Origin: an uncultured Candidatus Saccharibacteria bacterium
Lineage (GTDB): Bacteria > Patescibacteriota > WWE3 > UBA101185 > UBA10185
Assembly (NCBI GenBank): GCA_964490125.1
Contig: CAZBAJ010000004.1
Location: 7,662-71,661, forward strand
Direction of reading: 5' to 3'
Length of the DNA stretch: 64,000 bases
Shown: positions 21,289 through 29,594 of the stretch, one piece after another
How positions within the stretch are numbered: position 1 is the first letter of the stretch
How the letters are laid out: each line of letters opens with the position of its first letter
The notes under the pieces: generated by a model
Told to the model about the DNA's origin: nothing
The model's database searches: none
Seen by the model: only the letters and a program-made list of their open reading frames with translations
Translations under genes and position numbers: made by a program

Positions 21289-21894
21289 ATGACGATAGCA
21301 AAAATTAATAAATCTGCTAGACCAATTGGATTAATCAGATCAAAAGAAGTCCTGCAAAATAAGGGCTTTACATTAATGGAAGTTGTTATTGCGGTTAGTT
21401 TGTTGGCAATTGTTTCCGTAGTTTCTGTAAGTATTGTGGCAAATTTGCTAAGAAGCTCGGTAAAGTCGCAATCGGCCATTGATGTTGAACAAACTTCTAA
21501 TTTTGTCCTCCTGAAACTTAAGAATGATGTGGCAAAAGCCCATAAGATAAGTGTTACAGCCAATACTTTAACCATCTATCAAGCTAATGCGTCCTCTCCC
21601 ACCGTGACTTATACGGTTGGGCAATGTAATGCCGGCTTGAGTCTAAATTGCATCCGTCGTGGTGGCGTGGATCTTACTGATTCGTCAAGCGATCCGTCCG
21701 ATACTACTAAACCCAACAAATCAGCTGTTCAAATTGATACAGCACCGACCTACTTTAGTTCTGTATCCGATGCTTCCGGTAATGTGTTAGCCGTCAATGT
21801 TGCTATAAAATTTAGTAAGCCTGGCGTTGCCACAACAGGCAATTTTTCCGGTGAGACCGTTTTAGACACAACCATTGTCTTACCCAATCAATAA
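21289..21894 (+). CDS. Prepilin-type minor pilin/pseudopilin
   Basis: Long leader ...VLQNKG|FTLMEVVIAVSLLAIVSV. Confidence 0.65.
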   Translation: MTIAKINKSARPIGLIRSKEVLQNKGFTLMEVVIAVSLLAIVSVVSVSIVANLLRSSVKSQSAIDVEQTSNFVLLKLKNDVAKAHKISVTANTLTIYQANASSPTVTYTVGQCNAGLSLNCIRRGGVDLTDSSSDPSDTTKPNKSAVQIDTAPTYFSSVSDASGNVLAVNVAIKFSKPGVATTGNFSGETVLDTTIVLPNQ

Positions 21895-21909
21895 TAGTAA
21901 ACTTACACT

Positions 21910-22944
21910 ATGCCCGCAGTAATTGGTCTAGATATTGGAAATTCTGCCTTTAGAGCCGTAGAAGTTTCCGTCAAAAGCAAAACAAATCCTCCGCAGTATA
22001 TTTTAGAACGCGCTTTGGTGTGCGACAAATGTGTGGACCCCGATTCAAAAAAGATGACGGAAAACTTAAAACACTTTGTAAAAGACGCGGGATTCAGCAC
22101 AAAAAATGTGGTTATGGCTCTGCCGGAGTCGCATGTATTTTCTACAATTTTAAACATTCCACTCCAAACGGAAAAAGAAGTTAAAAACTATTTAGAAATA
22201 GAAGGCTCAAAAATTTTTCCCCGTCCGCTTTCTGAACTGGTGTACAGCTTTGTAATTTTAGGTCCAAATGAATCCAACAAAACCGAAGTTGATGTTAATG
22301 TGGTGGCAAGCGGTAAAGAATTTGTTAGCGGACTTTTTGATACGGCAAAAAATGCCGGACTTACTGTTTTGGGAATTGAATCGGAGGCGTACGCTATTGT
22401 AAGAGCGCTCTCAAGGAGTCAAATTTTAGCCCCAAACGACGCCCTGCTTGTGGTAAATGTTGGCTCGGTAGATGTGGATATGATGGTCCTGCGCAACGGT
22501 TATGTAAGATTTTCTAGAAATGTAGGACTTGGTGGGACCACATTTAACAAGGCAATTGCCCAGGCGTTAGATGTTACCGAAGACCAAGCGGAAGAGTACA
22601 AAAAGAGCTATGGTTTGGATAATGTTGCCATGGAGGGAAAAATTGTTACAGCCATGAAGCCGGTGGCAGAAACTTTAATTAGTGAAATAAAACGGACTAT
22701 GAATTTTTATTCGTCCAGAAACAGCTACTGTGAATTTAAAAAGGTTCTGTTTAGTGGAGGCTCTGCCGTGATGCCCGGTCTTTTAGCATACAGCGCAGAG
22801 AATTTAGGTATGGAGGTGGAACTTGCCAATCCGTTTGCCAGCATAGAATTTTCTCCCCGCGTAGCAAGTAGGCGGGATGAGTTATTAAATTTAGGACCTG
22901 TGTACACAGTTGCCATGGGTCTTGCATTAAAGGAAATAGTCTAA
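21910..22944 (+). CDS. pilM: Type IV pilus assembly protein PilM (actin-like ATPase)
   Basis: Contains MPAVIGLDIGNSAFRAVEV and the actin/FtsA-fold motifs; 344 aa. Confidence 0.75.
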   Translation: MPAVIGLDIGNSAFRAVEVSVKSKTNPPQYILERALVCDKCVDPDSKKMTENLKHFVKDAGFSTKNVVMALPESHVFSTILNIPLQTEKEVKNYLEIEGSKIFPRPLSELVYSFVILGPNESNKTEVDVNVVASGKEFVSGLFDTAKNAGLTVLGIESEAYAIVRALSRSQILAPNDALLVVNVGSVDVDMMVLRNGYVRFSRNVGLGGTTFNKAIAQALDVTEDQAEEYKKSYGLDNVAMEGKIVTAMKPVAETLISEIKRTMNFYSSRNSYCEFKKVLFSGGSAVMPGLLAYSAENLGMEVELANPFASIEFSPRVASRRDELLNLGPVYTVAMGLALKEIV

Positions 22945-22956
22945 TACTATAGATGT

Positions 22957-23547
22957 ATGAAGCAAATTGATCTCACTCCCCCGCAGGAGATTAAGCGCAA
23001 AAGAACGCAGTATGTGGTTGGTGCTTCTACTAAGATTTCTGTTGTATTACTGCTTATTGCCGTAGGTGTTGCCGTTTACTATTTTACTAAAGAAACCAAC
23101 CTTCAAACCCAAATTGCTTCTCTGGACAGTCAAAAAACAGAATTAACCGCAAGGGTACAAAGTATGCAGGAGGTAGAAAATTATGCTAAAAAACTTTCTG
23201 GCAAGTACTTTTTGCTTCAAAAGTATTTAGAAAGTCGGTTAAAGTACTCTTCTGTTATGTTGGAGCTATTAGCACGCGTGCCTACGGAAATCTCGTTTGA
23301 CAATTTAAGCTTTGAGGGCGCGGGTAAAAGAACCACCATCGCGGGCTCGTCCAAGGATGTTATCTCCGTCTCTGCCTTTGTCAACCGACTTGCTAAACCC
23401 GGTAACGCTTCCAGCGAATCTGCGGTTACACTAGAAGGCAAAAATGCTTTTACGGATGTTAGGCTGGACTCATTAAGTGTTGACGAGGATAAGGGCGTGG
23501 CGTATTCGGTGTCGTTTAAAATTAACGAGGAGGCATTTTTAAAGTGA
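22957..23547 (+). CDS. pilN: Type IV pilus assembly protein PilN-like
   Basis: Single N-terminal TM after a basic leader, then a coiled-coil. Positioned immediately after pilM. Confidence 0.6.
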   Translation: MKQIDLTPPQEIKRKRTQYVVGASTKISVVLLLIAVGVAVYYFTKETNLQTQIASLDSQKTELTARVQSMQEVENYAKKLSGKYFLLQKYLESRLKYSSVMLELLARVPTEISFDNLSFEGAGKRTTIAGSSKDVISVSAFVNRLAKPGNASSESAVTLEGKNAFTDVRLDSLSVDEDKGVAYSVSFKINEEAFLK

Positions 23548-24311
23548 TTTTAACTAACAAATTACATGTAAAAACAAACAGCGAGACGGGTATGCAGATT
23601 ATTGGGGAAATTGAAGAGTTTGTAGTTAACTTTATTTTACCTATTATTTTGCTTGCGGTTGCCGTGGGAATTTTTGCGTTGTATGTATCGCCCACCCATA
23701 AAAAATTACCAGCCATGAAGACGGAAGTAGAAACCAAAACCTCCGAGGTTACCGTTTTGCAGGCAAAAGTAGACCAGCTTACTGCTTTAGAGCAAAACAA
23801 GGAGCTAGTGCTGGGCGACTTGGTTAAGATGTCTTGGGCTTTAGAAGAGCGCGACAAAGTACCAGAACTTACAGAACAGGTGCGACTTATGAGTGCCGAT
23901 TCTAAAGTAGTGTTTAAATCTTTGGATTATGCCAATGCTAATAAGGGCGACATTGTAAGCGTTGTAGCTCCGACCGATGCTCTTACCCCGGATCCAGAGC
24001 TGTATCGTGAGGAAAAAGTTAATGTGGATGTTGAAGTTAAGGATTTTACCTCCGCCATAGCCTTTTTAAAAACCGCGGAAAATTCTATTAGACTTTTTAA
24101 GGTTGAGAGTTTAAAAATTTCTACGCTAAATCAGGCAAATAAGGCGGACATTGTTATGGCGTCGCCCTACTTGAATCCCGCTTTTTCTACTTACTCACAG
24201 TCCGCCGCGCCTATTGATTTAAAAAACTCGGCTTATCGATCTTTTATGGAGAGGTTGGATACTTTTAAAAACTACGCCAAGGATATTGACGCCACTTTAC
24301 CCAAGATATAA
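23544..24311 (+). CDS. pilO: Type IV pilus assembly protein PilO-like
   Basis: N-terminal TM plus coiled-coil. Overlaps pilN by 4 nt. Confidence 0.55.
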   Translation: MILTNKLHVKTNSETGMQIIGEIEEFVVNFILPIILLAVAVGIFALYVSPTHKKLPAMKTEVETKTSEVTVLQAKVDQLTALEQNKELVLGDLVKMSWALEERDKVPELTEQVRLMSADSKVVFKSLDYANANKGDIVSVVAPTDALTPDPELYREEKVNVDVEVKDFTSAIAFLKTAENSIRLFKVESLKISTLNQANKADIVMASPYLNPAFSTYSQSAAPIDLKNSAYRSFMERLDTFKNYAKDIDATLPKI

Positions 24312-24362
24312 GTCGCATAGAGTCGCAAGCTAGCTAAAGGTATAAACTTATATTATTGATAA

Positions 24363-25235
24363 TTAGAGATGATCAGCGTCATTGCGATTCGCCGTAGGTG
24401 GAGAAGCAATTCCTTTCCACTTGTCGATTTTTGCATGATTACCAGAAATTAAAACTTCCGGCACCTTTAAGCCTTGCCACTCTTCCGGTCGACTATATTG
24501 TGGATGTTCCACTTGGTCAGGTCGACTTGGGTTAAATGATTCGTTAATAAGCGCCTCCGGATTGTCTATTGCCTCGGGAAGTAGCCGGACTACGCTTTCC
24601 ACAATCGCCATAGTGGCTACCTCGCCCCCGCTTAGTACATAGTTGCCAATGGATATTTCTTCCACGGTTATTTGTTTTAGCACACTGTCTGAATTTGTTG
24701 TTGAGTCGATTTTTTGGAATCCAGGCGCGCGACTTTTAAGACTGCATGCATTCTTAAAGTAGTCGATGACTCTCTGATCCACGCCTTCATACCGTCCACA
24801 AACAATAACTAAATGGTCCACTTGGGAAAATTCCGATGCTTTGTTTTGGTTATAAGTTTTTCCACGAGGGGTGAGAAAGACAACCCGCACACCGCCTTGT
24901 GGAGTACGGTCGTTTCGATCCGCCGTAGGCGGATAAGCAATCTGGATCTTAGTATCAACCTTGCGGTTCATGATTACTTGGGATTTATTTAGGGCAAATG
25001 TTATAGCATCATTAATCGGTTCGGGACGGAGAATCATCCCGGGACCACCACCGTAGGGTGGTGAATCCACCGTTCCCCGCTTGTCAATCGCAAAGTCGCG
25101 TAAGTTAATAAAGTCAATACGCACTAAACCCTTTTCCAGCGCACGACTAATTGGCAGATGTTGTAAATGGTTAGTAAAAATGTCTGAGAAAAGCGTAATG
25201 ACGGAAATGTGCAGTTTTGGCTTGGTATTAGGCAT
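24363..25235 (-). CDS. trmD: tRNA (guanine37-N1)-methyltransferase TrmD
   Basis: Has the SPOUT/TrmD motifs (HISVITLF, CGRYEGVDQRV, YTRPEEWQG). The start MPNTKPK was chosen 2 nt after the KH-protein stop. Confidence 0.8.
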   Translation of the reverse strand: MPNTKPKLHISVITLFSDIFTNHLQHLPISRALEKGLVRIDFINLRDFAIDKRGTVDSPPYGGGPGMILRPEPINDAITFALNKSQVIMNRKVDTKIQIAYPPTADRNDRTPQGGVRVVFLTPRGKTYNQNKASEFSQVDHLVIVCGRYEGVDQRVIDYFKNACSLKSRAPGFQKIDSTTNSDSVLKQITVEEISIGNYVLSGGEVATMAIVESVVRLLPEAIDNPEALINESFNPSRPDQVEHPQYSRPEEWQGLKVPEVLISGNHAKIDKWKGIASPPTANRNDADHL

Positions 25236-25596
25236 CGTTTGACGCGGGATCCTTGGGATCTGAATCCGATGGTTCTGATTCTGTTGGACTGTCGATTCCA
25301 TCACCTCGGTCATCTCTATTAGTTTCGAAAGTATCGTTTTTATCGCCAGCCGTCCTTGGTTGCCCGTAGTCAACCAGTTCAACATCCACCCATACATTTT
25401 CCTTTACCGCTTTAGCTTTTGCCAGTGAACGAATGGAATTAATGGTACGACCTTCTTTTCCTATAACCAAGCCCATATCGGAGGGGTCAACGGTAATTAA
25501 GTACCTAAAATTGCTCCCCTCTCCCGATTCTTCCACCGCCACATTTTGAGGATTTTTAACTAGCGAGGTCACTAAAAATTGGATAAAGTCTTTCAT
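25228..25596 (-). CDS. KH-domain RNA-binding protein (YlqC/UPF0109 family) with acidic C-terminal tail
   Basis: Contains VKNPQNVAVEE...VIGKEGRTINSIRSLAKA. Classic position between rpsP and trmD. Confidence 0.7.
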   Translation of the reverse strand: MKDFIQFLVTSLVKNPQNVAVEESGEGSNFRYLITVDPSDMGLVIGKEGRTINSIRSLAKAKAVKENVWVDVELVDYGQPRTAGDKNDTFETNRDDRGDGIDSPTESEPSDSDPKDPASNDA

Positions 25597-25970
25597 TCGG
25601 TCGACTCCTTGTCTGATTTGGTTTTCTCTGGATTATCTACCTCATCGCCCGATTTGTCCTCAACCGCATTATCCCCCTCTTTTGAAGCCTTTTCTGCCTT
25701 GGGATTGTATTTTACATATTTATAAGTTCCTGCCAGCATTTGTTTAACAGGTTCGGTAATTAGCGCGCCCTTTTTGACCCACTCGTCCAGTTTCTCCTTG
25801 TTAATAACCGCTTTACCGCCTATAGTCGATTTACCTGTTGTGGTGGGGTTAAAATCGCCCAGTAGGTCCAAAAATTTACCGTTGCGTTTACTTTTGGTTT
25901 GAGCAACCACCACTTTATACGCAGGTGCGTTCTTTTTTCCTATTTTTGCTAGTCTTATTTTTAGCGACAT
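25593..25970 (-). CDS. rpsP: 30S ribosomal protein S16
   Basis: Begins MSLKIRLAKIGKKNAPAYKVVVAQTKSKRNGKFLDLLGDFNP, with a C-terminal Lys/Glu-rich extension. Confidence 0.85.
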   Translation of the reverse strand: MSLKIRLAKIGKKNAPAYKVVVAQTKSKRNGKFLDLLGDFNPTTTGKSTIGGKAVINKEKLDEWVKKGALITEPVKQMLAGTYKYVKYNPKAEKASKEGDNAVEDKSGDEVDNPEKTKSDKESTE

Positions 25971-26843
25971 AATTTAAGTCAGTCTTTATAACAACTTGGA
26001 GATTTTACCAGCATATGAGGACAAAATCAATCCGGCGCAATAGATAGTACTGTTTGTCGGTGTAGGCTCTTTTTTTCGATAAGTCCCTAGACCTCATATT
26101 TAAACGAACAATAAACTACTTTTATTGAATCTAAGGCTTTTACTACGGCGTCAACTGTATGACAGTTGTGACATTGTTCAGTTATATTTATTTGCGAACT
26201 ATTTTTAAGCCTTTGTTAAAGCAAATACCTAGTTTTCTAAAATAATTAGTGAACTACCCTGGTTCGTAAATATCATAAGCTACGGTGGCTATAATTACGG
26301 CTACACCGGCATGCTTAACTTTCTTGGGTATTATTGTATAGTCTTGGTAATAATAAGTTGCCTCGGTGTCTGGGTGCCTAAATGTGTTTGGATATGTATT
26401 TATTTAGGTTTTTGTTGTATTTGAGGGTTTCAGTAAGTACTCGTTTGTTTATGTATTTAATTGTTTTAGTAGCAATGTATTAATTTAAGTTTTGTTTGTA
26501 CTGGGTGTTTGGGCAGGGATATTGCCATTTAGGTGTTTGAGTATGTATTTATGTGTCAGCGTTTTTAACTTGTATTGACAGCCTTAAAACTATGCTCCCA
26601 ATATAGTTCACTTATTTTTTTTTATGTTGTGGGTATTTTACTGTTATTAAAGGGTGAAAATAGTTCGCGTATTTTATCAAGTGAACTAACGGATATTTGT
26701 CATATAGTATTGGTTGTTACCACAAGATTAAATTGGCGAAATTCGACTACTAGTTCGTTTAAATACCTGCCCTTTGGGGCATACTTTGTTCTTTTGCTTA
26801 AACAAATAGTAGTTGCAAAATTTCATCTCTATTTAGATGACAT
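25971..26843. other. ~870-bp AT-rich non-coding gap with degenerate TG-rich direct repeats
   Basis: No credible ORF. Repeated units resemble tgtttggatatgtatttatttaggt, tttaggtgtttgagtatgtatttatgtg and agtgaacta. Confidence 0.5.
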
Positions 26844-27122
26844 CTAATTAATATCTAATACATCCGCACTATTTTGAGGTACAAACTCTTCTTGTAACTC
26901 CCTTATCGCGTTTGAGATTCTTGCAAATCCGGTTCTTAAACGATCGTCGTTTCGATAGATGAACCTAGCGCTAAGACCTGTGGAACTGTCGGCGTCTCTT
27001 TTTTCAAAATAAGCAGATTGTCCGCCATCAAGCCTCCAGTCGCCAACCAAACTATCACCGTATTCAGCAAGACCGTACATAGCCTCTTCGGACATTCTGG
27101 TGATTTGTCTTGATATTCGCAC
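26844..27122 (-). CDS. Hypothetical protein downstream of rnc (GTG start; frame open upstream to 27280)
   Basis: ORF track. No ATG: the in-frame upstream sequence stays open through a G9/C9 homopolymer at 27264-27272 without a canonical start. Confidence 0.35.
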   Translation of the reverse strand: MRISRQITRMSEEAMYGLAEYGDSLVGDWRLDGGQSAYFEKRDADSSTGLSARFIYRNDDRLRTGFARISNAIRELQEEFVPQNSADVLDIN

Positions 27123-27297
27123 TGCCAGTTCACGGCCTTGTGCCAGACCTTTTATTTCAATTACAGCTACTTCGTCGTCTAATCTAAGAACCTTGGCACC
27201 TTCAAGACTAATTTTCCCTGTTCCCAGAGGTAAAGATTCTAAATCGAAGTTACCACACTGTCTCCCCCCCCCGCCTTCTCAAAATCTCCTGTCGGGC

Positions 27298-28017
27298 TCA
27301 CAGTCCCCTCTCTAACTTCTCCAGCCCATTAGCTGCCGCTTCCATTTCCGCGCGCTGTTTGCTTTTACCAACGCCCTCGCCGTAAACTTTGTCGCCCACC
27401 TTAACCTGCACTTTAAAAGTTTTGTCGTGGTCCAGCCCCCAAGAGTCAACCAAAAAATATTCCGGGGTATATGCTAGCTTTTCCTGCGCCAACTCCTGAA
27501 ACTTGCTTTTGGCATCCTTGTATTTTTCATCCCGGACAATGTCGTCTATTTTGTACAAAAGTTCCCGTTCTAAAAATTGGCGACAAAATTCCAGTCCATT
27601 TAGTGTGTATAGCGCGCCTAAAACCGCCTCAAAAGTGTTGGCTAAAATGTATTCCCTGTCCCGTCCGCCAGTTGCTTCCTCACCTTTAGATAAAAGTAAA
27701 AACGCTCCGTAGCCTAGCCTTTTTGACTCGTTGGCAAGCGACGGAGTACAAACCATGGCAGAACGATAGTTTGTTAAATCGCCCTCCGGTAAGTCGGGAA
27801 ACTTTTTATATAAAAACTCGCTCGACAAAAGTTGCAAAACCGCGTCGCCCAAAAACTCCAAGCGCTCATTGGACTTAAGCCCGTTGCCGTTGTAACCGTG
27901 GTGTTCGTTTAGGTACGACCTGTGAGTAAAGGCAATTTCCAGCAAGCTTTTTGCGGTTTGGTCTGCTAACGGGGTTTGTAGAATTTTACCTAAAGCTTCA
28001 AAGTCCATAGTTTGCAT
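27298..28017 (-). CDS. rnc: Ribonuclease III
   Basis: Has the RNase III signature ERLEFLGDAVLQL and the C-terminal dsRBD (KQRAEMEAAANGLEKL). Confidence 0.85.
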   Translation of the reverse strand: MQTMDFEALGKILQTPLADQTAKSLLEIAFTHRSYLNEHHGYNGNGLKSNERLEFLGDAVLQLLSSEFLYKKFPDLPEGDLTNYRSAMVCTPSLANESKRLGYGAFLLLSKGEEATGGRDREYILANTFEAVLGALYTLNGLEFCRQFLERELLYKIDDIVRDEKYKDAKSKFQELAQEKLAYTPEYFLVDSWGLDHDKTFKVQVKVGDKVYGEGVGKSKQRAEMEAAANGLEKLERGL

Positions 28018-28035
28018 AATTAATTTTAAAATGTT

Positions 28036-28275
28036 TTAGTCCAATTTTTCTTCCAGCGTATCCAAAAGATCTTTAACGCTTTCCAGCTCGCTTTGTTCGT
28101 CAAGCAAGTCCACCTTAAACAAGTCCTCCAGTTCCTCCAAAATTTCTGTAAGTTCCAGATCGCCCAAGTTTAAATCGTCGCCAAAAAACATGTCGTCCAA
28201 AACCTCCCGCGCTTCCACACCCGCCTTCTGTGCAATTACCTGCTTTACTTTTTCTTTAAAATTTGTTGGTTTCAT
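28036..28275 (-). CDS. Acyl-carrier-protein-like small acidic protein lacking the conserved Ser
   Basis: 79 aa, acidic, four-helix pattern. Sits at the syntenic acpP position (rpmF...acpP-rnc). The DSL motif is replaced by DDLNLGDLELTEIL, with no Ser. Confidence 0.4.
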   Translation of the reverse strand: MKPTNFKEKVKQVIAQKAGVEAREVLDDMFFGDDLNLGDLELTEILEELEDLFKVDLLDEQSELESVKDLLDTLEEKLD

Positions 28276-28754
28276 ATTTTTTCCTCTTTCTTAGTCGACA
28301 AAACTTCGCCAGTTTTTACATCGTCATTTACTTCCAGTTTGTCCTTTTTGGTCGTCAATTTTTCTGCCACACTGCCCAAAACGCCATTTACAAACTTGCC
28401 GGAGGCTTCTCCGCCAAATTCTTTGGCAAGTTCCACCGCCTCGTTTATGGCTACGCTGGAGTTTACGGTGTTGTTAATAGTTTCATACACCGCAATGCGA
28501 AGAATTGCAAGATCTATTTTAGCAATCCTGTCAAGAGGCCACTCGGGGGCGCAGTCGGTAATTACTTGGTCAATCCGAGTAATGTCGGCTTTTATCCCGT
28601 CAACCAGGCTTTTTAACATGTCTAGGTCTGCCTGGACGGTTTGGGGCATTTCTATCACCAGTTCTGCCGGCAAGTCGCCTGTACCTCCAAAAAACTCTGC
28701 GTAAAGTTTTAACAGAGCTAACTTTCTGGCTTGGTGGCGGGCGTCAGTTTTCAT
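28272..28754 (-). CDS. nusB: Transcription antitermination factor NusB
   Basis: Matches ARKLALLKLYAEFF...ILRIAVYE...AINEAVELAKEFGGEASGKFVNGVLG. Confidence 0.8.
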   Translation of the reverse strand: MKTDARHQARKLALLKLYAEFFGGTGDLPAELVIEMPQTVQADLDMLKSLVDGIKADITRIDQVITDCAPEWPLDRIAKIDLAILRIAVYETINNTVNSSVAINEAVELAKEFGGEASGKFVNGVLGSVAEKLTTKKDKLEVNDDVKTGEVLSTKKEEKI

Positions 28755-28796
28755 GTTGTTGCAGTAAAACCAAAAGTCCTTAAAAGTTTTGGACGA

Positions 28797-28946
28797 CTAC
28801 TTTTTGCACTCCGGACAGGCGTGGTGCGGTAGTTTTGCGCTTCCGCACGACTTGCATTTTACGGTGTTAATTGGCGAGCGCTTGTAGTGCGAATTTCTTT
28901 TAATTCTTACTTGGCTCTTGCTAGTCTTTCTTTTTGGTACTTGCAT
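28797..28946 (-). CDS. rpmF: 50S ribosomal protein L32
   Basis: Hand-translated 49-aa ORF MQVPKRKTSKSQVRIKRNSHYKRSPINTVKCKSCGSAKLPHHACPECKK with a Cys4 motif. Below the ORF-track cutoff. Confidence 0.8.
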   Translation of the reverse strand: MQVPKRKTSKSQVRIKRNSHYKRSPINTVKCKSCGSAKLPHHACPECKK

Positions 28947-28994
28947 GGGGTTATATTAGACGGGTTGGGGGCGGATTGTCAAATAAAATTGGGC

Positions 28995-29024
28995 TTGACA
29001 ACAGTATATTACAATAATATACTG
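28995..29024 (+). promoter_or_regulatory. Promoter (TTGACA-17-TATACT) with an embedded 9-bp inverted-repeat operator for the brnTA operon
   Basis: -35 TTGACA at 28995-29000, -10 TATACT at 29018-29023. The ATG is 6 nt downstream. The palindrome CAGTATATT-acaat-AATATACTG (29002-29024) overlaps the spacer and -10. Confidence 0.5.
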
Positions 29025-29029
29025 CAGGT

Positions 29030-29338
29030 ATGAGTAACAATGTTCCTGTAGCCTTTGATTGGGACAAGGGCAACCTTTTTAAGAATAAAGACAAACACAG
29101 TGTTACTAACAAGGAAGCCGAGGAGGTCTTTTTTAATAGACCAATCAACATTTACAGGGATGTTGATCACTCTCAAAAAGAGGAAAGGTATGTAGCTTTT
29201 GGGGTTACTGACAGTGGGAGAAGGTTATATTTGGTTTTTACTATAAGAGCAGATAAAGTAAGGGTAATTTCGGTTCGTGACCAGAGCAGAAAAGAAAGGA
29301 ACATCTATGAACAAGGCAAAAATGATTCCACAATTTAA
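29030..29338 (+). CDS. brnT: BrnT-family ribonuclease toxin (DUF497)
   Basis: Contains FDWDKGNLFKNKDKHSVTNKEAEEVF...GRRLYLVFTIRADKVRVISVRDQSRKERNIYEQG. Confidence 0.7.
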   Translation: MSNNVPVAFDWDKGNLFKNKDKHSVTNKEAEEVFFNRPINIYRDVDHSQKEERYVAFGVTDSGRRLYLVFTIRADKVRVISVRDQSRKERNIYEQGKNDSTI

Positions 29339-29585
29339 AAATGAGGATGAGGAGAGGGCGTTTTGGCTGGTTAATGATTTTTCTGACTATGTCGACCAAT
29401 TTGAACCCGTCGAGATGGATTTGTCAGAGTTAAAGCCTTCAACCGAATCTATATCCCTAAGATTACCTATTGCCCTGCTTGCCAGGTTAAAGGAATTAGC
29501 AAATTCTCGGGATGTACCATACCAGTCCTTAATGAAGGTGTTTTTGACAGACAGAGTTAAAGCCGAAGTTGCAAAAAGCTACTAA
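29307..29585 (+). CDS. brnA: BrnA antitoxin (RHH/CopG-like)
   Basis: Contains IPQFKNEDEERAFW...LKPSTESISLRLPIALLARLKELANSRDVPYQSLMKVFL. Overlaps the brnT 3' end. Confidence 0.7.
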   Translation: MNKAKMIPQFKNEDEERAFWLVNDFSDYVDQFEPVEMDLSELKPSTESISLRLPIALLARLKELANSRDVPYQSLMKVFLTDRVKAEVAKSY

Positions 29586-29594
29586 TTTTGGTTT

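Noticed and set aside
25971-26843. SRP RNA, tmRNA or RNase P RNA in the long gap
   Set aside because: Hallmark conserved motifs were not seen by eye. These include the SRP domain IV GGAAGCAGCC-type core, the tmRNA T-arm plus ACCA end, and the RNase P AGGAAAGUCCGG box. The gap remains unexplained rather than assigned.
26575-26847. ORF 26575..26847 (+) in the AT-rich gap
   Set aside because: The translation is low-complexity and hydrophobic, with no RBS, and lies in a repeat-rich AT region. I treat it as non-coding.
28951-29151. ORF 28951..29151 (-)
   Set aside because: It overlaps the brnT promoter/operator and the brnT 5' end on the opposite strand and has no family resemblance.
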